A stretch of 64,000 nt of DNA from an uncultured delta proteobacterium (GCA_963729715.1 CAVSPA010000009.1:1-64000); one strand, 5' to 3'. Shown: positions 1 to 9,611, counted from the stretch's first letter. The notes: a model not told the origin generated them from the letters alone. A program made the numbers and translations.

Positions 1-67
1 CAGGTGGTCTGATTTCTTAGGACAGGAGACAGGGATTTATAAGTGGGAAACTGCCCTGGGTTGATGT

Positions 68-901
68 TCATGCTGCAGCCTGTTTCTGCAGTTGGGTGCT
101 GAAGTAAACCATAGCCGGGGTCTTCCTGTCAAAGTTTTGATGCCATCTTTTTTCGTTATAGAATGTGAAATAGGTGGCAAGTCCTTTTTGAACCTCCACG
201 ATTGAATCATACGCTTTCAGATAAATATCCTCATACTTGACGCTTTTCCACAGCCGTTCGATAAAAATGTTGTCCATCCACCGGCCCCTCCCGTCCATAC
301 TGATTGAAATGCTATTTGAACGGAGGATATCCGTGAATGCTTCCACGGTGAACTGGCTGCCCTGGTCCGTGTTGAATATCTCCGGGCAACCGTATCTGGT
401 GATAGCCTCTTCCAGGGCGTCCACACAAAATGTGCTGTCCAGTGTGTTGGACAGCCGCCAGGAAAGCACCATCCGGCTCGCCAAGTCCATAACCGCTACA
501 AGATAACAGAATCCCTTTGCCATGGGAATGTAAGTTATGTCGGCGGCCCACACATGGTTTTCCCGCGTGATCTCAATGCCGCGGAGAAGGTAGGGATACT
601 TCACATGCCCAGGATGCGATGCCGAGAGTTTCGGTTTGACGTACAGCGCCTCGATGCCCATCCTACGCATCAGCCGTCGCACCCTGTCACGACCAACTTC
701 ATAGCCCCTTGCCCACAGCTCGTCGCGAATCTTCCGGCTTCCGTAAAACGGATACGCTAAATGGATCTCGTCGATCTGGCGCATAAGCTCTATGTCTTTA
801 GCGCTCAGAGGCACCGGAGTGTAGTAGACGCCAGATCTGCTCAGATCCAGAAGATCGCCTTGCCGTGTCACAGGAAGTTTATCTCCCTTGTCGATCATCA
901 C
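68..901 (-). CDS. IS3 transposase OrfB (rve/DDE integrase core)
   Basis: WAADITYI, NTDQGSQF, DNIFIERLWKSVKYE motifs. Confidence 0.95.
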   Translation of the reverse strand: MMIDKGDKLPVTRQGDLLDLSRSGVYYTPVPLSAKDIELMRQIDEIHLAYPFYGSRKIRDELWARGYEVGRDRVRRLMRRMGIEALYVKPKLSASHPGHVKYPYLLRGIEITRENHVWAADITYIPMAKGFCYLVAVMDLASRMVLSWRLSNTLDSTFCVDALEEAITRYGCPEIFNTDQGSQFTVEAFTDILRSNSISISMDGRGRWMDNIFIERLWKSVKYEDIYLKAYDSIVEVQKGLATYFTFYNEKRWHQNFDRKTPAMVYFSTQLQKQAAA

Positions 902-1197
902 TTTGCGCTCGCATCGTCGATGCGACCGAGCGCGACGGATAAAAAATCGTTCTCCATCGATAACTGCCCGATCTTGGCGTGAAGATCCTTGACACTTGGC
1001 ACTTGTTCGGGCTTCCTGTCCTTGTTGAAAATCTCCGGGGCATGTTTAAGAAGCTGCTTCTTCCACTCCGTGATCTGGTTCGGATGTACCTGGTACCGCT
1101 GGGATAGCTCAATGAGCGTCTCCTCGCCCTTCAGGGCCTCCAACGCCACCTTCGCCTTGAACGCCGGTGCATGATTCCTTCTCGGTCTTTTGCTCAT
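898..1197 (-). CDS. IS3 transposase OrfA (HTH)
   Basis: RRNHAPAFKAKVALEAL...VHPNQITEWKKQL; AGGAGG RBS before ATG at 1197; T TTT TTA slippery site at 946-940 gives -1 fusion to OrfB. Confidence 0.92.
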   Translation of the reverse strand: MSKRPRRNHAPAFKAKVALEALKGEETLIELSQRYQVHPNQITEWKKQLLKHAPEIFNKDRKPEQVPSVKDLHAKIGQLSMENDFLSVALGRIDDASAK

Positions 1198-1480
1198 AAC
1201 CACTCCTCCTTGGTCCATTATAGAGCAAATTTACCACTTATGCACCTGTCCAGTTTTTCCAGACCAGCTATAGGATATGTTTACATGGTACTTTACTGTT
1301 TGCTCAAAGGCAAGGCATATCTCATTATATTTTAGTAATTTATTCACACTCCGATAAAGCGGTCAGCTGGTCGGAAATGATACGTAACCAATATAGTAGA
1401 TTCGCTTGTTAAAAATAATGAGACAGGGCTTAAATATCAATTGGTTTTTCCTCTATTTAAAAACCTAACTCATTAGCGGA

Positions 1481-1825
1481 TCATTTGGCTGCAATCTTCT
1501 TGGTCTTGTTTTCCACCTGGCCTGTCTTGATGGCGACTTTCACCGCATCTTCCATTGGATCTTTAAAAGGCACCTCAATTCGGAGCAATCCGTGCTCGTA
1601 AGTCGCTTCGGCTTTCTCAGGTTTCACCGTCCAAGTCAAAGCTAGTGCCGAAACGTACTCAATGTCCCTTGCTGGAGCCGACAAATAGACACTATCTGGG
1701 AGGACCTTTACATCGATGGTCTCCGTTGGTGCTCCTGGGACCGCGAACTCCACTACCAGCTTGTGATGATCCCCGTCTGCATACGCTACCGTAACGGGCG
1801 CAACCTTCATTCGTTCTACCTGCAT
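1481..1825 (-). CDS. Hsp20/alpha-crystallin family small heat-shock protein
   Basis: VEFAVPG...AEATYEHGLLRIEVP alpha-crystallin pattern; AAGGAG RBS before ATG at 1825. Confidence 0.82.
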   Translation of the reverse strand: MQVERMKVAPVTVAYADGDHHKLVVEFAVPGAPTETIDVKVLPDSVYLSAPARDIEYVSALALTWTVKPEKAEATYEHGLLRIEVPFKDPMEDAVKVAIKTGQVENKTKKIAAK

Positions 1826-2209
1826 CTTGACACACTCCTTTTTGTCTCGTTCCCGATTAGTCGGGCTTATTGCCAATTAACTCATCAACTTTTTCGTGAT
1901 GGTGATTATAGTTTTAAGTTATGTACGATTATAGCAAAGTCAAGGCAATTATTAAATTATTTTCAAAGCATAGGTGTGTTCGTTAATGTTCTCTATTGAT
2001 TTAATTTAAGGAGTATGCCCGCCAAAATTGCTGGATGCTTTAGAGGAATTTATTAGAGGATGCTAATAAGGGAAGCATTGTCTGGCTGTTCTTATAGGAT
2101 GATTTACGAATATCTTGACTTCTGAGTTGATGGTGGCATCCTAAGAGAGGTGAGGAAGGTGTCTATAAGCACCTAATCAGCACTGTGCTTTTTTCATGGA
2201 GGTGGAGAA

Positions 2210-2389
2210 ATGACAAGGATTAAAAAAGGTGAAATACTGGGGTATCAATTTGATACTGAAACCATCTGCAGAGAATGTGCGACACTGGAAGAACTGAAAG
2301 ATTTAACCAGAACTGAGTTACTAACTGCGAAAAGCATCGGTGGGGACCTGGTTTTTTGTGACAGATGCAAAAAACGGATTGAGGGTTGA
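2210..2389 (+). CDS. 59-aa small protein with two CxxC motifs (putative Zn ribbon); absent from ORF track
   Basis: MTRIKKGEILGYQFDTETICRECATLEELKDLTRTELLTAKSIGGDLVFCDRCKKRIEG; GGAGG RBS upstream. Confidence 0.7.
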   Translation: MTRIKKGEILGYQFDTETICRECATLEELKDLTRTELLTAKSIGGDLVFCDRCKKRIEG

Positions 2390-2721
2390 TTCCTGAAGTC
2401 CGGGCTTTTTATGAAAGGGGGAATGATATGAGAAATACTTTTGGTGTTATTCTTGTATTACTCACCTGCTTACTGATATTACCCTGTTCAAAGGATGTGA
2501 ACGGTGCGGATTGGATACGGTTCGGTAAAGGAGAGGGTAGCAATGAACTTTTTTATGACATACAGAGCATAAATTATCTACAAAACAGTTCTGTTCGAGT
2601 ACTTGTTAAAATGATACCGGAGGATGAAGAAAGTCGAGTGAGGGAGAGAGCGGAGTGGCGAAAAGGTTACTCCGAATCTCCGGATAACTTCTCTTACTCA
2701 ACATTCTTATATGAAATTAAT

Positions 2722-3357
2722 TAATCCTGGGTAAACCCCCGGCTCTGCCGGGGGACTCCCAGAGTTTGACAATTCCGGGAATATAAAGGAAACCTCCTAT
2801 CCGTGAACCGTTCGAAGTTTACGGGGAAGGAGGTTTCAGTTGAACGACAGGCAGAGTTTAAGCCATACGTCATGGGAATGCAAGTACCATGTGGTATGGA
2901 TACCGAAGTATCGGAGGAAAGCGATTTACGAGCAACTGCGGAGATATTTGGGGTCAACATTCAGGGACCTCGCGATTCAGAAAGAGAGTCAGGTTATCGA
3001 GGGTCATCTTCGAGTTGATCATGTGCATATGTTGATCTCCATTCCGCCGAAGCATGCGGTAGCGCAAGTGGTTGGTTTCATCAAAGGCAAGAGCGCGATA
3101 CATATTGCGAGAAACTTTATGGGTCATCGCAAGAATTTCACCGGTCAGCACTTTTGGGCCAGAGGTTATGATGTTTCCACCGTTGGCAGAGATGAAGCCA
3201 CCATTCGAGAATACATCAGAAAACAAGAGCAAGAAGACCGGCGTCTCGATCAGCTCAACATGTTTGAGGAGTAACCACCTTCAGGTGGTTCAGTAAATTA
3301 AATCCGCTTTGAGCGGTTCATACATTCAAGCCTCCGGCTTTGCCGGAGGTATATGAC
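2722..3357 (+). mobile_element. IS200/IS605-family element, tnpA only
   Basis: Subterminal hairpins CCCCCGGC-TCT-GCCGGGGG and CCTCCGGC-TTT-GCCGGAGG; ends in TGAC; no target duplication; boundaries set by restoring the interrupted gene. Confidence 0.9.
2840..3274 (+). CDS. tnpA: IS200 Y1 (HUH) transposase
   Basis: CKYHVVWIPKYRRK, DHVHML (HUH), FWARGY, YIRKQ. Confidence 0.96.
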   Translation: MNDRQSLSHTSWECKYHVVWIPKYRRKAIYEQLRRYLGSTFRDLAIQKESQVIEGHLRVDHVHMLISIPPKHAVAQVVGFIKGKSAIHIARNFMGHRKNFTGQHFWARGYDVSTVGRDEATIREYIRKQEQEDRRLDQLNMFEE

Positions 3358-3567
3358 TGCAAAGATAGAACATTTAAGGTTCTTGAAGGAGCAACATACA
3401 ATAAAGAAAATGAAACAATAATTGATACAACTATAGAGTATCCACGTCTTGATAATATTTCTCCCGAATCGATGATGGAAGGGTTATACAAAATTGTATG
3501 TGAAGAGAAAGACTCAAAAAAGAAAGGGTAATGATTAAACAGCGGGTCGGAAACTGACCATTTTCAT

Positions 3568-3768
3568 TTACTGAATCGCCTCTTTCTTTGGATAGAGCCC
3601 GTTATCATCAAGTTCAGATGTGTCTACTTCTTTGGCGGTTTCGTTAAGTGGCGAACAATTGAACCTTTTGATTCTTTCACGGGTTGCCATACGTTTAGAG
3701 CGAATCATTTGGTCGGTGGCTATATCATAGCCTATGAAGTAATATACTGTTGTATTTGGCATGGGCAT
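3568..3768 (-). CDS. Small hypothetical protein (66 aa)
   Basis: AAAGGAG RBS directly before ATG at 3768; convergent on adhesin-like gene. Confidence 0.55.
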   Translation of the reverse strand: MPMPNTTVYYFIGYDIATDQMIRSKRMATRERIKRFNCSPLNETAKEVDTSELDDNGLYPKKEAIQ

Positions 3769-3825
3769 GTCTCCTTTATTTCTTTGAGTCAAGCAGACCG
3801 GTTTCTCCCGATTGAACGTAATAAA

Positions 3826-3861
3826 CAAAAAACCCCGTTCTGATTTCAGAAACGGGGTTTC
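3826..3861 (-). terminator. Rho-independent terminator
   Basis: AACCCCGTT...AACGGGGTT stem followed by TTTTTTGTTT on minus strand. Confidence 0.7.
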
Positions 3862-4132
3862 AATAATCTCTTCATGGCACCCTCACGCAACGTTAAAGGG
3901 TTTATGAAAATTAATCTCTGACGTTACATATAGCGTTTTTGATTATCATGATTCCCACATGAAATCTACAATGAAAATCGAAGATGTGTTCTGGTTTTCA
4001 AACCGCGGGAGAAAAATGAGGGAGAAAAGCTTTCACAAAAAGAAAAAGCCGTCTCAGGAGCCGTCAACTCCTGAAGCGGCAAATCAAGAGTGATTCGATA
4101 ATTTGTAACTACTTAAAATGAAGTAACATTTT

Positions 4133-4187
4133 TGGCGTCCCCACCGGGATTCGAACCCGGGTTACCGGCGTGAAAGGCGCGTGTCCT
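4133..4187 (-). repeat. tRNA-Glu(TTC) 3'-half copy 1 (att-like)
   Basis: Revcomp AGGACACGCGCCTTTCACGCCGGTAACCCGGGTTCGAATCCCGGTGGGGACGCCA: anticodon TTC, T-arm GTTCGAATC, CCA end; no 5' acceptor strand. Confidence 0.9.
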
Positions 4188-4435
4188 GGTTTTAGCTAAT
4201 CCCGAATATTTGCATAATTTCATATATTTCGATATGTTGCAAAAAAGCGTCGTGTAAAATATGGGGTAAATTTTTATGATTTTGCATACCGGGGAAAATA
4301 ATTTTACCCGAAGGTTTACCCCATTTTTTTCAACTCCCTTTCCTCTATGATGGACTGGATTCAGACAAAGAATAACATTATTTTACATGTTTTGTGCCCC
4401 AAAGGCGATTAGGTATTTAATATTGATCAGGACAA
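4188..4435 (+). repeat. Segment left-end sequence, near-identical to 29279-29528
   Basis: Direct alignment by eye; contains GGGGTAAA/TTTACCC repeats. Confidence 0.9.
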
Positions 4436-4479
4436 AGATATTCTGCGACAAATATATTACCGAGCAAGCGCCTCACATC

Positions 4480-4772
4480 CTCTCAGAACAATGACCGGCA
4501 TTCTGTCATGAATGGGTTTTATCAATTCATTGAGTTCTGCAGTGATAATCGCAGGTATTTATTTGCTTTTGATCAGGTGATGCCCATGATTCATAAAGTT
4601 CGGCAAATCCAAAAGGCTTTCCTGATTTGAGATGAAAATAAAAAGGGTTTTTTACCTTCCCCAATTTCTGCCACTCATAGAACCCATCAGCGACAATAAG
4701 ACACCGTCGCTTTTTAAGTGCATTCCTGAAGGTCGGTTTTTCAGATATGGTTTCTACTCTTGCATTAAACAT
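4480..4772 (-). pseudogene. SRAP (SOS response-associated peptidase/YedK) fragment, frameshifted
   Basis: FNARVET...RRCLIVADGFYEW then frameshift to IITAELNELIKPIHDRMPVIV; N-terminal MCGR missing. Confidence 0.85.
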
Positions 4773-5235
4773 TTTTAATCGAGCTCATTGAATATTGAAA
4801 GGGAGATTTGCGGCTGATGCTTTTTTGTAGCAGACTTCAACCCGTACTGCTTAACAAAAAAACATGCGCTGGTTATTGGTGCCACCTATTTATCCTCAAT
4901 TTATGTGATGGGATTATACTGATGATTACGATTTAAAACCCCCATGCCGACCAGTCGGCACAAAAAAGAATGAAAATTATGGTTGCATCCGAGGCCCCTG
5001 TTCGTTTATTAGATGGCATAGTTTGAATACCGTGGAACAAAGGTCGACCCTTACTGGTGGTTTAAGACCCCGTAATTGAAACTGACCTAAGCCAGTTATA
5101 AGAACAAACCAATGTTGCCATAGAGCACGCAGGAGAAATTTTTTAAAACCTCAACTGGCTACTCCACATGTAAAGAGGAGGTACTATTTGGATAATTAAT
5201 TTTCAGGAGAAAGGAAACATGAATATCGGGCCTCT

Positions 5236-5481
5236 TTGACGGATGATGATATTTTTTCAATAATTGTTGGCTGGTGGCCAAAATCAGTGGGCATGTTCCC
5301 TGAAGATGTCAAAGTAGATTTCTATCAGCTTGAAAAAGATCTTTTGTTACCCGAAGGATCAGTAACAAAACATATTGATAAGGTGGCAAGAATGAATCAT
5401 TTCAGAAGAAAAGCTCGTGGACAAACTTACGCAGTATACAAGTATGATATAAATGACAATGAATCCTCTAATGTTTTTTGA
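5236..5481 (+). pseudogene. Probable 3' remnant of a cassette gene, unknown function
   Basis: Ends 14 bp before an attC; in-frame stop just upstream and no clear RBS. Confidence 0.4.
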
Positions 5482-5495
5482 TTTCCTATACACTT

Positions 5496-5588
5496 GGCTA
5501 ACCAAAGGCTGGAGCGGATGCGTGGGGCTTAGTTGTTGGTATTTTCCCAAGCTCCCAAGCCACCACCGCTCAGCTCCACTCGTTAGAC
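5496..5588 (+). other. Integron attC site
   Basis: R'' GGCTAAC, L'' GCTGGAGCGG / L' CCGCTCAGC with one unpaired G, R' GTTAGAC. Confidence 0.85.
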
Positions 5589-5613
5589 CGAGCAGAAAGG
5601 AGAGGTTCTATAC

Positions 5614-6306
5614 ATGCCCAGGAGCATGAATTCCTCCGAGGTCAAACAAGAGCATCTTAGTAAACTCGGACCCATACTTGGAACCCATTATAATGCTCTA
5701 TACAATGAGGTTGCTTGGCTGCATGTGAGGTGGAAGCAGTACAAGGATCTGTTTGGAACAAGTCCTTCGAGGATTGCCATACTGAACCAAGCTGCTGGGC
5801 TATTTTTTCGATTTGTTCAGGATGGACTATGGGAAGATACATTGCTTCATCTCACCCGCCTGACGGATCCTCCCAAATCGATGGGGAAGGAGAATCTGAC
5901 CCTTCAGGCACTGCCTCCGCTAATAAAAGATACTGAGTTCCATGAGGAGATCATAGGTCTGGTTAAGGCAGCAGTTAATGCAACGGAATTCGCCAGAGAC
6001 TGGCGGAATCGTACGTTAGCGCATACTGACCTGAAACTAGCGATACAGCTAGGAGCCGAGCCTCTTGCTCCAGCTAGCCGAAAGAGTGTTGCAGATGCGA
6101 TAAATGCCGTATCGCGAGTCATTCAACGACTGAGCGAGTACCACTTCAAGTCGGACTTACTATTCGACGTAATAACCCCGGCAGACGACGCAGTCTCGTT
6201 GCTTTATGTAATACGTGACGGATTGAAGGCTGAGGAAGAGAGGCGAGCGAGGCTCAAAGAGGGTAAACTCTCAGCCGAAGATATTAGCGGACAAGAGCCG
6301 GTCTAA
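5614..6306 (+). CDS. HEPN domain protein (AbiU2-like), integron cassette gene
   Basis: RNRTLAH Rx4-6H HEPN motif, L-RLTD...NLTL pattern; cassette core GTTAGAC at 5582 matches inverse core GTCTAAC at 6301. Confidence 0.75.
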   Translation: MPRSMNSSEVKQEHLSKLGPILGTHYNALYNEVAWLHVRWKQYKDLFGTSPSRIAILNQAAGLFFRFVQDGLWEDTLLHLTRLTDPPKSMGKENLTLQALPPLIKDTEFHEEIIGLVKAAVNATEFARDWRNRTLAHTDLKLAIQLGAEPLAPASRKSVADAINAVSRVIQRLSEYHFKSDLLFDVITPADDAVSLLYVIRDGLKAEEERRARLKEGKLSAEDISGQEPV

Positions 6307-6680
6307 CACGGCGATTGACTCGATTGGCTACTATCTCTTTAAGAGAACCGTTGCAGTACTTGTTAACAAAGTTACACCTGGCTGTATCACTGAGAATCAA
6401 TGAATACCGTTTGTACTGGTGCATATGATGTCATCTATATATTCTATCCAACTCCTTCCTCACGGCCAGGCCCATTTCTGAACTTGCCTTTTCTCCTCTG
6501 ATCACAAAGAACTTCCTTGTTCCATATTGTGCAAGACCAATCAACCATCTTTTTCCTCTTTTAACTTTCAGTTTTTGCGAGGATGTCACGAATGGGTTTT
6601 ATTTTTAGAGAACCTTCTCTGAGGTTGGCGGTTGTCGCAATACGCAGTGACTGTCGATACACGCGCTAGGGAAAGGTGAT

Positions 6681-6749
6681 ACCCAACCCTTCCATCCAGC
6701 GGACATCCACTGGCAAACCGGTGTCTGCCGCTTATGTCAAACGTTAGAG
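6681..6749 (+). other. Integron attC site
   Basis: ACCCAAC...ATCCAGCGGACA...TGTCTGCCGCTTAT...GTTAGAG; TGA stop immediately upstream (6677-6679). Confidence 0.8.
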
Positions 6750-6781
6750 TGAAAGGCATATGACTCCTTTAAAGGCAGATC

Positions 6782-8224
6782 TCATTCATCTATCTTGGCA
6801 ATCTTTTTCGCCATCTTCATTTTTTGGCCCAATTTTCCCAGCCGCTGGTACATGATTCTCTGGCTCTGCGGCGAGCCCGCGCCGTGCATACTTTCCACAA
6901 GCGCAGTGCCGCCGGTCATGTTCTCGAGGAGTCTCAAGATCTTCATTCTTGTTTCCGTGGAAACACCCTCGACGCCCTTCATATATTTCTTGACGTACTT
7001 TCCCACCACCGGACTTCTCAGATCCTTGTCGAACGGAAGAGTAGCCATAATCCCTCCGCCGATGTCGTGAGCAAGCCTTGAAATATCGTAAATAAACCGG
7101 GTGATATTATGCTTTGTACAGTTCGCAAGGAGCGGGTCAGGGTAGTACGCCCCGCTTTTCGTTTTTGAACCCATGGCCGAACACGCTACGGAACCAGAGT
7201 AGACCGTCTCTGCCAGGTGCAGCATCTCGACGAGCTTATCTTTGATGTGAGAGGCATCTAAGGTTCCCTGATATTGCGCTGCGAGCGCGCTCGCGCCGAT
7301 GACTATGTCCGAAACGCCCCCCTTGCATCCCCCATAATTCTGACGGTGCAGAGTGGCAAATCGTTCGACAAGCATTCCCGTAAAATCAATTTCACCGCAC
7401 ATGAATACCCTTTCCCAGGGAACAAATACATCTTCGAGGACAACGAGCGCCTCCCCTCCGACCATCCCGAATTCACAATTGCCGGCGTCTATGCCGCATT
7501 CAAATTTCCTCTCCTCGTTGGTCTGACGGCCAAAGATCAGGGTAACGCCCTTGGCGTCAAGCGGAATCGCAGCGACTATTGCATAAGCCTCGTCTCCCTC
7601 TCCCATAGCCTGAGTAGGCATGATCATGATTTCGTGGCTGTTAACGGCGCCCGTCTGATGCGCCTTGGCCCCCCTTACCACCACGCCGTCCTTGCGTTTC
7701 TCCACGACGCGGGTGAACAGATCGGGATCGGCCTGCTGGCTGGGTCGCTTGGAGCGATCTCCCTTTGGATCTGTCATCCCGCCGACAAGCATGAAATTTT
7801 CTTCCTGGATCTTTTTGAGGTACTCGAGGAATCGTTCAAAATACTTCGTCTTGTGTTTTTCGTCTATTTCATATGTGGTCATGTAAAGGGAATTCAGGGC
7901 GTCAAATCCTACACAGCGCTGAAAGCAGCTCGCAGTTTCGTGTGCAATCAACCTCAGCATCTGAACCTTCTTTATCAGGTCATCCACAGACTGATGGATA
8001 TGGGTGAAACGGTTTATCTTTTTCCCGGTGATGTTGCTGGTAGCAGTCAAGAGGTCCTCGTTTTCCGGGAGCAATGCCAGCTCATAAGTCTTGGCGGCAG
8101 AATTTATGTGCGGAACAAAAGCCGGAAAAGTCGTACGGTCCTCAACCAACTCGCCATTATAATATATGACTACTTTTTGCTCTTTGAGACTTTTTATGTA
8201 ATCTTCCTTCGTTCTAATCTTCAT
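6782..8224 (-). CDS. abfD: 4-hydroxybutyryl-CoA dehydratase/vinylacetyl-CoA isomerase
   Basis: [4Fe-4S] ligand motifs CFQRC and HRQNYGGCK; ESMHGAGSPQSQR. Confidence 0.88.
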   Translation of the reverse strand: MKIRTKEDYIKSLKEQKVVIYYNGELVEDRTTFPAFVPHINSAAKTYELALLPENEDLLTATSNITGKKINRFTHIHQSVDDLIKKVQMLRLIAHETASCFQRCVGFDALNSLYMTTYEIDEKHKTKYFERFLEYLKKIQEENFMLVGGMTDPKGDRSKRPSQQADPDLFTRVVEKRKDGVVVRGAKAHQTGAVNSHEIMIMPTQAMGEGDEAYAIVAAIPLDAKGVTLIFGRQTNEERKFECGIDAGNCEFGMVGGEALVVLEDVFVPWERVFMCGEIDFTGMLVERFATLHRQNYGGCKGGVSDIVIGASALAAQYQGTLDASHIKDKLVEMLHLAETVYSGSVACSAMGSKTKSGAYYPDPLLANCTKHNITRFIYDISRLAHDIGGGIMATLPFDKDLRSPVVGKYVKKYMKGVEGVSTETRMKILRLLENMTGGTALVESMHGAGSPQSQRIMYQRLGKLGQKMKMAKKIAKIDE

Positions 8225-8564
8225 TTCTTACCTCACTTTCCAATAGAATTTTCACTAAATCTTCCGGAGACGCCTTATCATCCCTGATCAATAAAGCTTG
8301 CTTGTACTCACTGAAATCGCGAGTCCGTCGCGGACAGGCCGTCTCACAGCCGCTGACCAGCAATACCGCATCGAACCCTTCCTCTTCGAGCGTAACCCAT
8401 TCTATATCTGGGCCCGCTGCCGACTTTATCTTGTCTACGTAAGCTACGCGGTCGAAACCTGGATTACAACCTCCGCAATATTTTAACGCCACCCTCTTGA
8501 TACCTGTCGAGCTCCGTTTTTCAGATTTCTCTTGTCCAGAGCGAGGCCATCGCCGTTCCGCCAC
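8214..8564 (-). CDS. Small Cys-rich hypothetical protein (start uncertain)
   Basis: KYCGGCNP and GCETAC motifs; overlaps abfD start. Confidence 0.7.
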   Translation of the reverse strand: MAERRWPRSGQEKSEKRSSTGIKRVALKYCGGCNPGFDRVAYVDKIKSAAGPDIEWVTLEEEGFDAVLLVSGCETACPRRTRDFSEYKQALLIRDDKASPEDLVKILLESEVRNED

Positions 8565-8672
8565 CTACACATAAGGATGCCCCGCCAAGCGTCAAGCCTG
8601 ATCTCTCCACTTCATAGAATCACTACGGCCTTCATTTTCATACTGTTCCTATGGTAATTTATGCGTTAAATT

Positions 8673-9452
8673 TTAAACAATCGTATAACCACCATCAATG
8701 TAAATTTCCGCTCCCGTCATGTAAGCAGGGCATGTCGCCAGATGGAGAGCGGCTGATTTCAATTCACCCACATGGCCTATGCGAGTCAATGGAATGACTT
8801 TTCTGATGAATTTGTCCGCTGTCGGGTCCGATTCAAAATATTTCCGGTTAATATCTGTGAGAAAATAACCGGGACAAAGGGCATTCACCTGAATATTATA
8901 ACGCATTAGATCAAGTGCCATCGCTCGGGTCAACTGGATCATCGCAGCCTTGCTAACGCAATAATCCGCCATGTCGGCAAGTGCCACCTTGCCCAGCACA
9001 GATGCAACATTGATAATTTTTCCGCTTTTCTGTTTGATCATCTCCCGTGATACAGCTTTTGAGACTAAGAAGGTTCCATGAAAATTTATTTTCATAACTT
9101 TATCCATATCTTCTTCAGTCATTTCCATGAAAGGTTTATGGCTACTGTCAACACCCGCACAATTTACAAGAATGTCAATCTTGCCGAAACGCTTTGCAAT
9201 TTCGTCCAACGCATTACTGATTTGCTGGGAGCTCTGAACATCTAAGGATAGGCCGAGAGCTTCAACGCCGAACTGAGCTTCTATATTTGTAGCAACGGAC
9301 CTACAGATGTCACCACTTCTGGCAGCTAGTACCAACTTTGCTCCAGCCTCTGCAAAAACTTCAGAAATTGCCAGCCCTATTCCCCGATAGCCTCCCGTAA
9401 TAAGAGCTATCTTTCCTTTCAGAGAAAACATTCGATCAAACAATTCCGACAT
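8673..9452 (-). CDS. SDR family oxidoreductase
   Basis: TGGYRGIG, NCAG, YCVSK, VNALCPG, IDGG. Confidence 0.95.
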   Translation of the reverse strand: MSELFDRMFSLKGKIALITGGYRGIGLAISEVFAEAGAKLVLAARSGDICRSVATNIEAQFGVEALGLSLDVQSSQQISNALDEIAKRFGKIDILVNCAGVDSSHKPFMEMTEEDMDKVMKINFHGTFLVSKAVSREMIKQKSGKIINVASVLGKVALADMADYCVSKAAMIQLTRAMALDLMRYNIQVNALCPGYFLTDINRKYFESDPTADKFIRKVIPLTRIGHVGELKSAALHLATCPAYMTGAEIYIDGGYTIV

Positions 9453-9501
9453 GATGCGACTCCCTCCCTTTTAAATCGGATTTTATTGCCGGTTTGCATA
9501 A

Positions 9502-9517
9502 TGCATCCTTTGTACCA
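9502..9517 (-). promoter_or_regulatory. sigma54 -24/-12 promoter of SDR-abfD operon
   Basis: TGGTACAAAGGATGCA, GG-N10-GC. Confidence 0.7.
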
Positions 9518-9611
9518 TCTATTTTTAAGCACAAAGAAATGCCCCATGACATTGGTATTATTACTAAAAAAGTATTTCGAGAATAAATTTTATAACTAAT
9601 GATCTCAGATA

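Larger units (their letters stand above)
1..1272 (-). mobile_element. IS3-family insertion sequence (left end clipped about 2 bp by window edge)
   Basis: orfA+orfB architecture; imperfect terminal IRs CAGGTGGTCTGATTTCTTAGGACAGG (1-26) vs revcomp of 1245-1272 TATAGCTGGTCTGGAAAAACTGGACAGG. Confidence 0.92.
2428..3531 (+). pseudogene. Exported surface-adhesin-E-like protein interrupted by IS200
   Basis: Removing 2722-3357 joins ...LYEIN to CKDRTFK...PESMMEGLYKIVC in frame (155 aa); N-terminal signal peptide; YD-SI...VRV-VK...INC...P-S-E-L-VC pattern. Confidence 0.75.

Noticed and set aside
3275..3357. tnpB/omegaRNA in the IS200 element
   Set aside because: Only 83 bp between the tnpA stop and the right end
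4133..4210. Functional tRNA-Glu genes at the three copies
   Set aside because: No 5' strand able to pair with TGGGGAC; copies 1 and 2 also have a mismatched anticodon stem
6301..6380. Complete attC after the HEPN gene
   Set aside because: Only the inverse core is clear; no matching L'/R' arm found
6782..8224. HpaB 4-hydroxyphenylacetate hydroxylase call
   Set aside because: Fe-S ligand motifs of AbfD are present and the context is anaerobic
7274..8287. 337-aa plus-strand ORF
   Set aside because: Antisense shadow of abfD with no recognisable motifs
9527..9546. Alternative sigma54 promoter GGCATTTCTTTGTGC
   Set aside because: GG-GC spacing is 11, not 10
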